From IMG/VR virus record IMGVR_UViG_3300020411_004289, positions 1 through 64,000 of that record: DNA of 64,000 bases; one strand, given 5' to 3'. Below the pieces are notes generated by a model. That model was not told where the DNA came from, searched no databases, and saw only the letters and a list, made by a program, of their open reading frames with translations. The translations under genes and the position numbers were made by a program. Shown one piece after another: positions 9,558 to 20,098 of this stretch. The DNA comes from a virus. How positions within the stretch are numbered: the first letter of the stretch is position 1; every line of letters begins with the position of its first letter.

Positions 9558-11474
9558 ATGTTTAGTAACCCATTTAATATTCCAGAAGAAAAACACTTAG
9601 ACCCAGATTCTGAAGTAGTTTTTGTTGCAGATCTTTTTGCCAGTGACTATGCAGGAGGAGCTGAGCTTACTAGTCAGGCTTTGATTGACAGCTGTCCTCT
9701 GAAAATAGAGTGTTTAAGAAGTAAAGAAGTGACAATTGAACTTCTAGAAGAAGGTCATCAGAAGTACTGGATCTTCGGAAACTTTTCAGCTATGAACATG
9801 GAATTAATTCCGACGATTGTAGCAAACCTAAATTATTCAGTACTTGAATACGACTTTAAATATTGCAGGTACAGAAGCCCGGAAAAACACAGATTCGCTG
9901 AGCAGATTGATTGCAACTGTCATACAGAAATGCATGGAAAAATGATAAGTGCTTTTTTCTACGGTGCAAAGTCACTCTGGTGGATGTCTGAAGCACAGGA
10001 AAATCATTACCTAGGGCTATTTCCTTTCTTAAAGGAAAAGGAATCTGTGGTACTCTCTAGTGTCTTTGATGACAATTATTTTGCCACCGTCAAAACCCTT
10101 AATGAAAAATATAAGAATGAGAATAGGCAAGGCTGGATAGTCCTAGGATCCAATAGTTGGATTAAAGGTGCAGAAGCAGCTGAAGCCTGGTGTAAAATGA
10201 CAGGCAAAGACTATGAGGTAGTTTGGAATCTCCCCTACTCAGAAGTTCTAGAAAAACTTGCTAAAGCTGAAGGTTTTGTCTATCTCCCAGAAGGCATGGA
10301 TACATGCCCCAGAATGGTTATTGAAGCTAAGATGCTAGGCTGTCAGCTACACCTCAACGACTATGTTCAACATAAGAACGAGGTATGGTTTGACACAGAA
10401 GATCCTTTTGACACTGAGGCCTATCTTTACGCCGCTCGATCTAGATTTTGGGGATCAATTAAAGAAACAATGGCTTACAGACCCACCATAGGAGGATACC
10501 TTACAACAAAAGATTGCACATCACAAGGGTACCCATGGAAGCAATGTATTGAATCTATGTTGGGTTTTTGTGATGAAGTTGTTGTAGTGGACGGAGGTTC
10601 TACAGATGGAACATGGGAAGAGTTATCAGAGTGGTCCCAAAAAGAAGAACGTCTGAAAATAGATCAAGTTGTAAGAGATTGGACACATAAAAGACATGCT
10701 GTTTTTGATGGTGCACAAAAAGCTGAAGCTAGAAAAAGATGCACATCAGAATTTCTTTGGCAAATGGATGCCGATGAAATAGTTCATGAAGAGGACTATG
10801 AAAAAATCATAGGACTTTGTAGAAATTTTCCGGAGCATGCTGAACTAGTTTCTCTACCGGTAATAGAATATTGGGGAAGCCATGAAAAAGTCAGACTTGA
10901 CGTTAATCCATGGAAGTGGCGCTTGTCAAAAAATGTACCACATATTACTCACGGAATTCCAGTCGAATTAAGAAAATATGATGATGACGGAGATCTTTAT
11001 GCTCAGATGGGAACAGACGGTTGTGACTATGTCCACACAGAGACCGGAGAAAGAATTCCTCACGCATCTTTCTATACAGGCGATGTAGACTTAGCCAGGC
11101 GACATGCACTTACCGGTAATAAAGATGCTTACGAGCAGTATCAAAAATGGTACCAAGGTGTTGTTGATATGCTACCTGGTGTACACCACTACAGCTGGTT
11201 TGATATAGAAAGAAAAATCATGACTTACAAAAACTATTGGCAGACTCATTGGGAAAGCCTGTATGACATAACGCAGGAAGATACAGTAGAGAACAATATG
11301 TTTTTTGATAAAATGTGGAAAGATGTAACAGATAAAGAAATCTCTGAAATGGCACATAAATTGTCCACCGAGACAGGTGGGCATATTTTTCATTCCAAAG
11401 TAGATTTTTCTAATCCTACTCCTCACCTAGAGATAAAAAGATCTCATCCCAAAGTAATGATTGATGAAGAGTAA
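9558..11474 (+). CDS. Two-domain glycosyltransferase (N-terminal GT-B/GT4-like, C-terminal GT2)
   Basis: GGAE near the N-terminus; WIKG...DTCPRMVIEAKMLGC (GT-B); then DEVVVVDGGSTDGT and QMDADE (GT2 DxD). Confidence 0.85.
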   Translation: MFSNPFNIPEEKHLDPDSEVVFVADLFASDYAGGAELTSQALIDSCPLKIECLRSKEVTIELLEEGHQKYWIFGNFSAMNMELIPTIVANLNYSVLEYDFKYCRYRSPEKHRFAEQIDCNCHTEMHGKMISAFFYGAKSLWWMSEAQENHYLGLFPFLKEKESVVLSSVFDDNYFATVKTLNEKYKNENRQGWIVLGSNSWIKGAEAAEAWCKMTGKDYEVVWNLPYSEVLEKLAKAEGFVYLPEGMDTCPRMVIEAKMLGCQLHLNDYVQHKNEVWFDTEDPFDTEAYLYAARSRFWGSIKETMAYRPTIGGYLTTKDCTSQGYPWKQCIESMLGFCDEVVVVDGGSTDGTWEELSEWSQKEERLKIDQVVRDWTHKRHAVFDGAQKAEARKRCTSEFLWQMDADEIVHEEDYEKIIGLCRNFPEHAELVSLPVIEYWGSHEKVRLDVNPWKWRLSKNVPHITHGIPVELRKYDDDGDLYAQMGTDGCDYVHTETGERIPHASFYTGDVDLARRHALTGNKDAYEQYQKWYQGVVDMLPGVHHYSWFDIERKIMTYKNYWQTHWESLYDITQEDTVENNMFFDKMWKDVTDKEISEMAHKLSTETGGHIFHSKVDFSNPTPHLEIKRSHPKVMIDEE

Positions 11475-12231
11475 CGTATACGTAATTTCTTGTCAAAGAA
11501 ATGCAAACAAATATGCTGTTAATTGTCTAGAGACAGTTCGCTTACAAAAAGTAGCTGTAAAAAAACACATATTCATAGATGACGTATCTTCTGATAACAC
11601 ATGCGAAATTATTAACAATTACATTTCACAGACAGAAAATTCAATAGTAGAATTTGTCCAAAATTCTGAAAGAAAATACAGACTAAAAAACATAGATGAT
11701 GCTATTGAATCAATTGATGATGAAGATGGAATTGTTTGTCTATTAGACGGCGACGACTGGTTCTCTACAGATCAAGCCACAGCAATAGTTCAGTCTGCAT
11801 ATAGTCAAAATAAAAAATTAGAATACGTCTATACTAACTGGATGTATTCACACGATGGATCACTAGGAATATCTCAGAGAATCCCTAGCCAAGATTGGTG
11901 TGCGTATAGAGATCCATGGATTACTAGTGCCATGGCCACATTTAAAGTTTCAACTTACAAAAATGTACCTAAAGCCAATTTTTTAGACGACTCCGGAGAA
12001 TTCTTTAAAATGGGCACAGATCATGCCTATGTTTTACCAATAACACACATGCTAAAAAAGAAGTACGGTGACTATAGTGCAGTAGGTTTTATTGACATGC
12101 CTCTTTATGTCTACCAGTTTGTGGAAAATCAAATGCGCCGAAGAACTAATTCTGAAGAAGGCTTTTGGGAAACAAAGACAGCAGCTGACTCTTCTAGTTT
12201 TATTAGAAGCAGAGGTTTTTTAGATGACTAG
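11464..12231 (+). CDS. Glycosyltransferase family 2
   Basis: FIDDVSSDNT, CLLDGDDW (DxD), TDHAYVLP, PLYVY. Confidence 0.85.
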   Translation: MKSNVYVISCQRNANKYAVNCLETVRLQKVAVKKHIFIDDVSSDNTCEIINNYISQTENSIVEFVQNSERKYRLKNIDDAIESIDDEDGIVCLLDGDDWFSTDQATAIVQSAYSQNKKLEYVYTNWMYSHDGSLGISQRIPSQDWCAYRDPWITSAMATFKVSTYKNVPKANFLDDSGEFFKMGTDHAYVLPITHMLKKKYGDYSAVGFIDMPLYVYQFVENQMRRRTNSEEGFWETKTAADSSSFIRSRGFLDD

Positions 12232-13162
12232 AATATTAATGGTAACTTCTCCGGGAGGAAATCGAGGCCCGGCAAACGCTTTTCAAAATCATCTCAATGC
12301 TTTAAATGACTCTACAGAATTTGAAATAAAAGAGTGGCATCAGCTTTTTTCTGAAAGTGAACTAGCCACATTTGATGTATTTTGGTTTTCAGTAAGGTTC
12401 CACCCAAACTACTATTACGAGCTCAAGAAAAGATTTCCGGAAAAAATATTCTGGATGGGGCCAAATGTTTTGTTTGAAAAAGCAGAAGTCGGACCTTCAG
12501 ATGATTGGGAAAAATGGTTTGTGAGTAATGTAGAATGTGATGTCTACACAAATAAGGCTGATTTTTACTTAAATAGAGCTAGACAATTTTTTGATAAAAG
12601 CAAAAAATATAGTGTCTTGAGAAACTGCCTAAATCTAAAAAATTACTCAGTCACAGTCGACCAGTTGCAGTCACCTCGTAGCAATGATGTTCTAGTTTAT
12701 TATAAGAATAGAAGAATTGACAATCAACTAGATAGACTTTTTCCTAGGTTTATGGAAAATATTAAAAAACTTGATGTCTCCTTTGATGTAATAGAATATG
12801 GAAATTACAATAGAGAAGACTATTTTGATAAGCTAGCTAATTCAAAGGTTTGTGTCTGGTTAAGCATAGAAGATTTTTGCTCAAATGCGCAACTTGAAGC
12901 ACAATATCTAAATGTCCCTGTAATAGGAACATGTTATAACAATACTGATGTGTATGACACAAATCTAAATGTTGCTGCAGCAAATATGTCAGATGACAAA
13001 TGGATAACCTGGAATGAAAACATGCCCGAGTTGTTTTCCCAGAGAGTTGAAAATTTTCTCAATAAAGACTACAATACTATTAGTATGAAGCCTAGAAATC
13101 ATATTCTAGAAAACTATTCGTATGATGCATATGCTAAACAGGTAAAAGACATTCTAGGATGA
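12224..13162 (+). CDS. Putative GT-B glycosyltransferase
   Basis: GPN motif, VLVYYKNR, and EDFCSNAQLEAQYLNVPVI resembling the E-x7-E GT-B signature. Confidence 0.6.
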   Translation: MTRILMVTSPGGNRGPANAFQNHLNALNDSTEFEIKEWHQLFSESELATFDVFWFSVRFHPNYYYELKKRFPEKIFWMGPNVLFEKAEVGPSDDWEKWFVSNVECDVYTNKADFYLNRARQFFDKSKKYSVLRNCLNLKNYSVTVDQLQSPRSNDVLVYYKNRRIDNQLDRLFPRFMENIKKLDVSFDVIEYGNYNREDYFDKLANSKVCVWLSIEDFCSNAQLEAQYLNVPVIGTCYNNTDVYDTNLNVAAANMSDDKWITWNENMPELFSQRVENFLNKDYNTISMKPRNHILENYSYDAYAKQVKDILG

Positions 13163-14058
13163 AAAAAAGAATTCTAATAACATACGACGTAGAAGACTGG
13201 GCTTATCATAAAAATGCTAAGATCTTACAAAAGTATCTATCAGATTTCTATGATATTGATGTAATATCTGATCAAGATAAGCATGCGCTCTTAAGTCACA
13301 TCAATAGAGTTCCTTATAATCTGCTTTTTCTACAATGGTTTCCAGATGTCGACATATTCTACAAAATGTATCGATTACCCTACCCAACAGTGACACAAGT
13401 CACCTCTTCCGTGTTTTTTAAAATGCATTCAGAGGGATGGGACACACTAGACTTGGTTCCTTTAGTAGTGTCTAAAAGTCGTCAATACTATGATAAACTT
13501 AAGAACATAATAGGCGAAGAAAAGTCTAGACTAGCTTATCACGTTAATGATTATGAGCTGTTTAAGCCAAAACACGGAAGAAGAAATAAAGAGTTTACTG
13601 TAGGTTATGTCGGAAGAGACTGTGAGATAGCAAATGAAAACAAGGGGCATTCTTTTATAAAAGAAGCTTGTGATTTAGTTGGTGCAAAATTTAAAATAGC
13701 TGGGTTTGACAATAGGTTGTCTTATGAAAAAATGCCAGAATACTATCATTCAGTTGATGTTGTAGTTTGTGCATCCCGCCACGAAGGTGCTCCAAACTCT
13801 ATGCTCGAAGCCGGCCTCTGCGGCACACCAATCATTTCTACCAGAGTAGGTCAAATTCAAGAAATGATAAAAGATGGAGAGAATGCTTTTTTCTGCGAAA
13901 GAAACGCTAGTAATATTGCAGAAAAACTGACTCTCTTAAGAGAAAATAATGAGTTATATGACACTTTTTCTAGAAATATATCAGAGACCTGCCACAGTTA
14001 TGCTAGACTAGCAATTGATCAGTGGAAAGAATTTTTCGAGGAATCATTAAATGTTTAA
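13159..14058 (+). CDS. Glycosyltransferase family 4
   Basis: VGYVGR...NKG; DVVVCASRHEGAPNSMLEAGLCGTPIISTRVG. Confidence 0.9.
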   Translation: MKKRILITYDVEDWAYHKNAKILQKYLSDFYDIDVISDQDKHALLSHINRVPYNLLFLQWFPDVDIFYKMYRLPYPTVTQVTSSVFFKMHSEGWDTLDLVPLVVSKSRQYYDKLKNIIGEEKSRLAYHVNDYELFKPKHGRRNKEFTVGYVGRDCEIANENKGHSFIKEACDLVGAKFKIAGFDNRLSYEKMPEYYHSVDVVVCASRHEGAPNSMLEAGLCGTPIISTRVGQIQEMIKDGENAFFCERNASNIAEKLTLLRENNELYDTFSRNISETCHSYARLAIDQWKEFFEESLNV

Positions 14059-14809
14059 CAATCCATTTGAAACTAAAAAAGACCAACGGGCTAAGCTATC
14101 ATTAGACTTAAGTTTGCTGCCAGTAGACAACGAGTGGGAACTTAAGTTTCAAGAGCTCATGAAAGATGAATATCTTTCCAAGAAGTACAACAGAGAAAAG
14201 AGAATTAATGATCATCTAGACTATCTTAAGAATTTATGCCCAATAGTGTTTCATTCTGAAAATATCAATAAGGCTCTAAATGTAATTGATATCGGTCCCG
14301 GTCCAGGAGAGTTGCTTGAAATTACAAGATGCTTAGGGTACAATTCTGTAGGTTTTGATGCAAAATTAGAAGATTGTGAAATGGGTGTACCTTACATAAG
14401 TTTAAGTAAGATGATGTCTAGCCGACAAAATCTAGATATTCGCTATACAGGTTTTGAAAACACAATAAATCACATGCCTTTCAAGGAAAACTCTACTCTT
14501 CTTATAAACAGTAGAGGATCCATTGAACAGGTATTTAAAGATCATCTCAAAGGTGTGCCTCATAGAGAACACCATAATGCTAGGCTTTTAACATGGAGCA
14601 TGTCTAAAGAGATGCTATCTGATTTTACCAGTCTTTTCATGGAAGCTAAAAGAATATTAGTCTCCGGAGGCGTGTTCCTTATACACGGCAATGGCGCAAC
14701 AAATATTGATGACTATCACAATATGATAATGAAGATCGTAGAAAGCACTGAGGGATTAATCTGTGATGCCTCAGATGGACAGACATTGCATAGGTTAAGA
14801 AAACTATGA
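14051..14809 (+). CDS. Class I SAM-dependent methyltransferase-like protein
   Basis: VIDIGPGPGE motif I; RILVSGGVFL near the C-terminus. Confidence 0.7.
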   Translation: MFNNPFETKKDQRAKLSLDLSLLPVDNEWELKFQELMKDEYLSKKYNREKRINDHLDYLKNLCPIVFHSENINKALNVIDIGPGPGELLEITRCLGYNSVGFDAKLEDCEMGVPYISLSKMMSSRQNLDIRYTGFENTINHMPFKENSTLLINSRGSIEQVFKDHLKGVPHREHHNARLLTWSMSKEMLSDFTSLFMEAKRILVSGGVFLIHGNGATNIDDYHNMIMKIVESTEGLICDASDGQTLHRLRKL

Positions 14810-15618
14810 TATTTTACCCAAAGTCAAACCAAGATATATCAGAATACACTCTAGCAATCATTGCTAGTAATAACGTATACAACTATCTAAAGCAACATGT
14901 ATTCTTTCTTAGAAGTGCTGAGATTAAGTTTAAAAACTTGGTAATCGGTGATGCTGGACTTTTAGAAAAGCAAAAAGAAGAAATAGTTGATGGCTTAGGG
15001 GAAAAGGTGTCTTTTGTAGAGTTCGAGGATAAAAATTATGACACTAATTTCAAAACTCAGAGCAATGAATACAGAAAGATAATCGACAACAGAGTACAGT
15101 TTTTAAAAGATATATTCTTAGACAAAAACACTGAAAGAGTAGTTCAGTTAGATGCTGATACTGCAATAATACAAAATAATTTTAAAATGCTAGACAAGAC
15201 TGCAGACGTAAGTCTTACTGTCCGCCCGGTTACGCCATACGATCATATTTTAGGACAGTTTCAAGTCGACTATCCAAATTGCGGTGTTATCTTTTGGAAT
15301 AATCCGACGAAGTCAATACCATTTTTAAATCACTGGGAAGAATACAAACAAAACAATCCTGCAAAAGGTGGACAATATGAACAAAACTATTTTTTGCATG
15401 CATGCCTAGATGATTCTTTTACTCAATTAAATGTGCAAAAAATTCACTGCGCGTACTACAATTGTTATAATGCTGACTGGCTTAATCAAGACACATCTAT
15501 TCTTCACTACAAGGGAAATAGTAAGCTGTTTGGCCCGGGCGGCGGAAATTTTGAGTCAAGAAGTGACTATTTGAATATGGCTGCTTTTGGCAAAAAGCTT
15601 AGGTTTGAACAAGAGTAA
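14806..15618 (+). CDS. GT-A fold nucleotide-diphospho-sugar transferase
   Basis: QLDADT (DxD), NCGVIFW, YEQ, YN...ILHYKG, typical of GT8/GT34/GT77-like folds. Confidence 0.75.
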   Translation: MIFYPKSNQDISEYTLAIIASNNVYNYLKQHVFFLRSAEIKFKNLVIGDAGLLEKQKEEIVDGLGEKVSFVEFEDKNYDTNFKTQSNEYRKIIDNRVQFLKDIFLDKNTERVVQLDADTAIIQNNFKMLDKTADVSLTVRPVTPYDHILGQFQVDYPNCGVIFWNNPTKSIPFLNHWEEYKQNNPAKGGQYEQNYFLHACLDDSFTQLNVQKIHCAYYNCYNADWLNQDTSILHYKGNSKLFGPGGGNFESRSDYLNMAAFGKKLRFEQE

Positions 15619-15622
15619 AAAG

Positions 15623-15994
15623 ATGTCAAACATACGACCTATAACAATATTTTGTGACATTGATGGAACCTTGGTAGAACATGCCAAACCATGTATTGCA
15701 GCTAAACCCGGGTACAAGATGCAATTATTACCAGGTACTATAAACAAACTATTAGAGTGGGACAAAAAGGGTTATAGAATAATCCTAACTACCGGAAGAA
15801 AAGAAAGTCTAAGAAGACAGACCGTAAAACAATTAGAAGCCGCCGGCATAATATACGATATGCTTATTATGGGAATTGGCGGGGGTAATAGAGTGTTAAT
15901 AAATGACCTAAAAGAAGACTCTACAGAGCTCACAGCCAAGGCATTTTGTGTCAAAAGAGACAAAGGCATTAAAGATTTAGAAATAGAGAAGTAA
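15623..15994 (+). CDS. Capless HAD-superfamily phosphatase (capsule-biosynthesis phosphatase-like)
   Basis: IFCDIDGTL motif I, ILTTGR motif II, LINDLK. ATG at 15623 follows the upstream stop. Confidence 0.8.
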   Translation: MSNIRPITIFCDIDGTLVEHAKPCIAAKPGYKMQLLPGTINKLLEWDKKGYRIILTTGRKESLRRQTVKQLEAAGIIYDMLIMGIGGGNRVLINDLKEDSTELTAKAFCVKRDKGIKDLEIEK

Positions 15995-16007
15995 AAAAGG
16001 TAGAATA

Positions 16008-16400
16008 ATGGAAAAGACAGCAAAGGCAATTAGAATTGATAGAAATGAAGGCCTATCGAAAATTTCTGTAGAAGATTTAGAGTCATTAGCAGCAGACTAT
16101 TTTTTGATATTCGCCAACAAAGATCTCAAGTCATTAGCTTCTGTGCTTTCAGACGATGTTGTACTTAGGGACTGGGAGATAACAGCTACCGGAAAACAGG
16201 AAGTTTTATCTGCAAACGAAAATATTTTTAATGCCTTTGAAAATATCGAAGTCTCAATAGAGAAAATGTATGTGTGCGACATGACTGTAATCGCAGAAAT
16301 CACAATCAATCTAGATACTGAGACAATATTAGTCACAGACATTATTGAGTTTGATTCACACCAGAAAATAAAATCAGTAACTGCGTATAAGGGAAACTAG
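16008..16400 (+). CDS. NTF2/SnoaL-like protein
   Basis: F..KDL..L..VLSDDVVLRDW...GKQEV...DIIEFD...KIKSVTAY. Confidence 0.75.
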   Translation: MEKTAKAIRIDRNEGLSKISVEDLESLAADYFLIFANKDLKSLASVLSDDVVLRDWEITATGKQEVLSANENIFNAFENIEVSIEKMYVCDMTVIAEITINLDTETILVTDIIEFDSHQKIKSVTAYKGN

Positions 16401-16741
16401 TGGAAAAAACAACAAGACCTTGGGGAACTTATGAAGTTCTTTTAGATGACGAAGATTGCAAAGTAAAAAAAATAACCGTAAATCCAGGTGAAAATCCTAG
16501 CTATCAATACCACCATAAAAGAGCAGAGGATTGGATTGTCGTCTCTGGGCATGGAGAGGTCTGCTTAGATGACAGCACATTTTCTGTCACAGCCGGCGAC
16601 AGAGTTCATGTTCCTATAAAGTCTAGACATACAATTAAAAATTGTGGCGATGAGTCTTTGATTTTTATTGAAATTCAGACAGGATCTTACTTTGGAGAAG
16701 ATGACATTGTTCGCTTAGAAGACAAGTATGGAAGAACTTAA
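16400..16741 (+). CDS. Mannose-6-phosphate isomerase type II C-terminal cupin
   Basis: RPWG, SYQYHHKRAEDW, EIQTGSYFGEDDIVRLED. Confidence 0.9.
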   Translation: MEKTTRPWGTYEVLLDDEDCKVKKITVNPGENPSYQYHHKRAEDWIVVSGHGEVCLDDSTFSVTAGDRVHVPIKSRHTIKNCGDESLIFIEIQTGSYFGEDDIVRLEDKYGRT

Positions 16742-18296
16742 AGTATTAATAACAACTAGTGGGGTAGGAAGTAGACTAGGAGAACTTACAGATTTTACTA
16801 ATAAATCTTTAGTTCGAGTAGGCTCTATGCCGATAATAACTCACATAATAGAAAGCTATCCTAAAGAGACTAGTTTTGTAGTTACTTTAGGTTATTACGG
16901 CAATCATGTAAGAGAATATCTCACAATAGTACATTCTGATCGCAAGTTTATTTTTGTAGAAGTAGAAAATTTTGCCGGTAAAGGATCAAGTCAACTTTAC
17001 TCAATGAGTCATGCAAAGAAAGAATTGCAATGTCCTTTTATATTTCACGCATGCGACACAATATCAGAAGGACACTCAACTAAAATAGATAGCAACTGGG
17101 TGGCTGCTTTTAAAGTCGATAATGCAGATCAGTATAGAACACTTAGAATTGATTCCGGACTAAACTTTGAAGGATTTAATGAGAAAGGAGAGATTGCTTT
17201 TGACTATGCATATCCAGGAATCTGCGGTATTAAAGACTTTAAGAGTTTTTGGAAAAGTGTGGAAGAAATTCTAGAGGACTCAAAAAGTAAAAATCTATCT
17301 GATTGTGATGTTATTAATAGAATGTTATCACAGAAAAAATGTAATTTTAAGATAGCAGAGCTTAAAAACTGGTATGACATAGGAAACGTTTCTGAGCTAG
17401 AAAGAACTAGAGCTAACTTTAAAGAAGAGTTTGATGTCTTAGATAAACCTAGAGAAAACATTTATTTTCACAATAATAGTGTCATTAAGTTTTTTCATGA
17501 TGAATCCATGATTAAAAAAAGAGTTGCGAGATGTGAGTATTTAAAGGGTTTGGTCCCGGAGCTTGAGGCTTCATCTAAGCATTTTTTTAAGTACAAATTT
17601 GTAGAAGGTAAGCTTTTTGCAAACTCAGCAACCCCTTCAAAAATGAAAAATTTTTTAGATTGGGTATCTAAGTCCATGTGGAGCAAAAACTCCAAAAAAG
17701 ACATATCAGATGAATGTCAAAAATTCTATTTTGATAAAACACTTAGTAGAATTGATGCGATGCTTAGTGGTGCTGAGGATAAAATTACTAGAATTAACGG
17801 TGAAGATGTTCCGCCTATTCATGAAATGCTAAGCAGCATAGACAGAAAATGGTTGTGTAACGGCAAATCCGGAACAATTCATGGCGACCTAATTCTTGAC
17901 AATGTTATAGAAACAAATACAGGCTTCGTTCTTATAGACTGGCGCCAAGACTTTGCAAATAGAAAAGACTTTGGAGATGTCTATTATGATTTGGCAAAAC
18001 TAAGTCATAATTTAACATTTAATCACGAGTTAGTGAATGCAAAAAAATATAGCTTAGAACACTCAGATGATGGTCTAATATGTGATATTCTTTGCAAAAA
18101 GAACTTATTAGACTGCAAAGAAGTTCTTGATGATTTTATTGTAAAAAATGGATATGATAAGTCAAAAGTAGATTTGCTTACTTCTATTGTGTGGATTAAT
18201 ATGTCACCACTTCATGAACATCCACTAGATAAGTTTTTATTCAATTTTGGCAAGTATAATTTGTATAGATGCCTAAAAAAGAGAGGACAATTATGA
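16728..18296 (+). CDS. Nucleotidyltransferase (LicC/PntC-like) fused to an APH/choline-kinase-fold phosphotransferase
   Basis: N-terminal SGVGSRL...NKSL and WYDIGN; C-terminal HGDLILDN, LIDWR and GDVYYDLAKL. Confidence 0.8.
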   Translation: MEELKVLITTSGVGSRLGELTDFTNKSLVRVGSMPIITHIIESYPKETSFVVTLGYYGNHVREYLTIVHSDRKFIFVEVENFAGKGSSQLYSMSHAKKELQCPFIFHACDTISEGHSTKIDSNWVAAFKVDNADQYRTLRIDSGLNFEGFNEKGEIAFDYAYPGICGIKDFKSFWKSVEEILEDSKSKNLSDCDVINRMLSQKKCNFKIAELKNWYDIGNVSELERTRANFKEEFDVLDKPRENIYFHNNSVIKFFHDESMIKKRVARCEYLKGLVPELEASSKHFFKYKFVEGKLFANSATPSKMKNFLDWVSKSMWSKNSKKDISDECQKFYFDKTLSRIDAMLSGAEDKITRINGEDVPPIHEMLSSIDRKWLCNGKSGTIHGDLILDNVIETNTGFVLIDWRQDFANRKDFGDVYYDLAKLSHNLTFNHELVNAKKYSLEHSDDGLICDILCKKNLLDCKEVLDDFIVKNGYDKSKVDLLTSIVWINMSPLHEHPLDKFLFNFGKYNLYRCLKKRGQL

Positions 18297-19258
18297 CAAC
18301 CCCTAGATTATTTGTAGGCCCAATGTCAAAAGAAATAGTTGACATTTCAATAGAATATTCAAATTCTAAAAATCGATTAGGGCTTATTCCTTCTAGAAGA
18401 CAAATAGAAAATGTCGGAGGGTATGTCAACAATTGGACAACAAAAAACTTTGCTGAGTATGTTAAGCAAAAAAGCGAAAATGTGCTTTTAGTAAGAGATC
18501 ACGGCGGACCTGGGCAAGGAAGTAAAGACGACAGTGGGTTAAAAAGCTTGGAGAGTGATATTTCTTCTGGGTTTAACATATTACATATTGACCCATGGAA
18601 AAAGGCAAAATCCTTAGAAGACGGAATTCAAAAAACTAGCGCGCTTATAAAGCACTGTTGTAATAAGGATAAAAATATACTATTTGAAGTTGGGACTGAA
18701 GAAGCGATTTATGCATATTCACAGACTGACTTAGAAAAAATATTATGTGAACTACAAAAAAGTCTAGGCGAAGACTTTGAAAGAATAAAGTACGCTGTAG
18801 TTCAATCGGGTGTAAGAATTAGTGGTACTTCTAATATCGGTGTCTTTAATTCAAAACGTCTTTACGCTATGACAGAAGTTTGTCGAAAGTATAATGTTAC
18901 TAGCAAGGAGCATAACGGAGACTACCTAAGTTTCTTAGAAATCAAAGAAAGAGCTGAACAAGGTCTAGACTGTATTAATATAGCCCCTGAGTTTGGAGTT
19001 ACACAAACTAGAGTAATGTTAGATAATCAAATGATAGATCTAGATGAATCATTTTCTACATGCTTAGAGGTTAATAAGTTTTCTAAGTGGTTACCTGAGG
19101 ATAAAAAACAAAATCCATCAAAAAGATTAATAGTAGAAGTTTCTGGTCACTACTGCTTCACTAAAGAGCCTTTTTTTAACTCAACTGAAAAGTCTTATTA
19201 TAATCTTAAGCAGTTGATTTTTGATAGATTTGATCAAATACACAACGCGTGGAGATAG
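18293..19258 (+). CDS. GatZ/KbaZ-like TIM-barrel protein (tagatose-6-phosphate epimerase / aldolase non-catalytic subunit family)
   Basis: RQI...GGY, RDHGGPG, LHIDP, FEVGTEE, KEHNGDY, NIAPEFG. Confidence 0.7.
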   Translation: MTTPRLFVGPMSKEIVDISIEYSNSKNRLGLIPSRRQIENVGGYVNNWTTKNFAEYVKQKSENVLLVRDHGGPGQGSKDDSGLKSLESDISSGFNILHIDPWKKAKSLEDGIQKTSALIKHCCNKDKNILFEVGTEEAIYAYSQTDLEKILCELQKSLGEDFERIKYAVVQSGVRISGTSNIGVFNSKRLYAMTEVCRKYNVTSKEHNGDYLSFLEIKERAEQGLDCINIAPEFGVTQTRVMLDNQMIDLDESFSTCLEVNKFSKWLPEDKKQNPSKRLIVEVSGHYCFTKEPFFNSTEKSYYNLKQLIFDRFDQIHNAWR

Positions 19259-19261
19259 ATA

Positions 19262-20053
19262 ATGGAAAAAAAGGGCATAAATTTAGGGTGTGGAATAAAA
19301 TGGAAAAATGATCTAAAGAGAAATATCAAAAACTATCAGGGGCTGGAATATTGGGACGGTCTAGACCAGCATTTAGGAAACGCTTACTTTTCTCCCGAGT
19401 ATTTTTTCCCTTATAACAATGAGTCAATTGACTGGTTTTTTTCTTCACATTTCTTCGAACACATAGATGAAAACACGGCTAAGCAATTAGTGAAAGAGTC
19501 TTATAGGAGTTTAAAGAAGGGCGGTATAATGAGAACAATAGTGCCTGACTTTGAATTACTTCATAGAAAATACCTAGAAAAAGATTATAATTTTTTTGAT
19601 AGAAGCATCTCCATTGGTAAAGTCTATCATTGTTGGTCTAAATACGGAATAGATCCGACTTACGAAAATATGGTCTTAAACTGGTTTTCTACATTTCACT
19701 TTTGTGAAAAAGGTGACGGCAAAGTTACTTTTAGAGGTCCTCCAATATTAGGAGAACCAAAAGACTATGGTTATAAACTTTTAAATACGATGTCAACTCA
19801 AGAAGTTTGTGATATTCTTCACAAGAAAGTGTTTGATCTTAAAGAAAAGTATCCAAAAGAAGTAGTCACACAGCACATCAGTTTTTGGAACTATGAAAAA
19901 CTAGAAGAAATAATGCTAAGCGCAGGATTTTCTCAGGTTTATATTTCTGGTTTTGAAGAGTCTAAAGAGTCATCTATGAGGACTCCACTATTCGATGTTT
20001 GGGAAAAGATTGGAGAGAAACCCATGAATTTGTATGTTGAAGCTGTAAAATAG
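19262..20053 (+). CDS. SAM-dependent methyltransferase (Methyltransf_11-like)
   Basis: INLGCG, SSHFFEHI, RSLKKGGIMRTIVPD, NLYVEAVK. Confidence 0.8.
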   Translation: MEKKGINLGCGIKWKNDLKRNIKNYQGLEYWDGLDQHLGNAYFSPEYFFPYNNESIDWFFSSHFFEHIDENTAKQLVKESYRSLKKGGIMRTIVPDFELLHRKYLEKDYNFFDRSISIGKVYHCWSKYGIDPTYENMVLNWFSTFHFCEKGDGKVTFRGPPILGEPKDYGYKLLNTMSTQEVCDILHKKVFDLKEKYPKEVVTQHISFWNYEKLEEIMLSAGFSQVYISGFEESKESSMRTPLFDVWEKIGEKPMNLYVEAVK

Positions 20054-20098
20054 GCTTGAAAAAACTAAAAAAAACTATTACTATTTTTGTGAGGAAAA

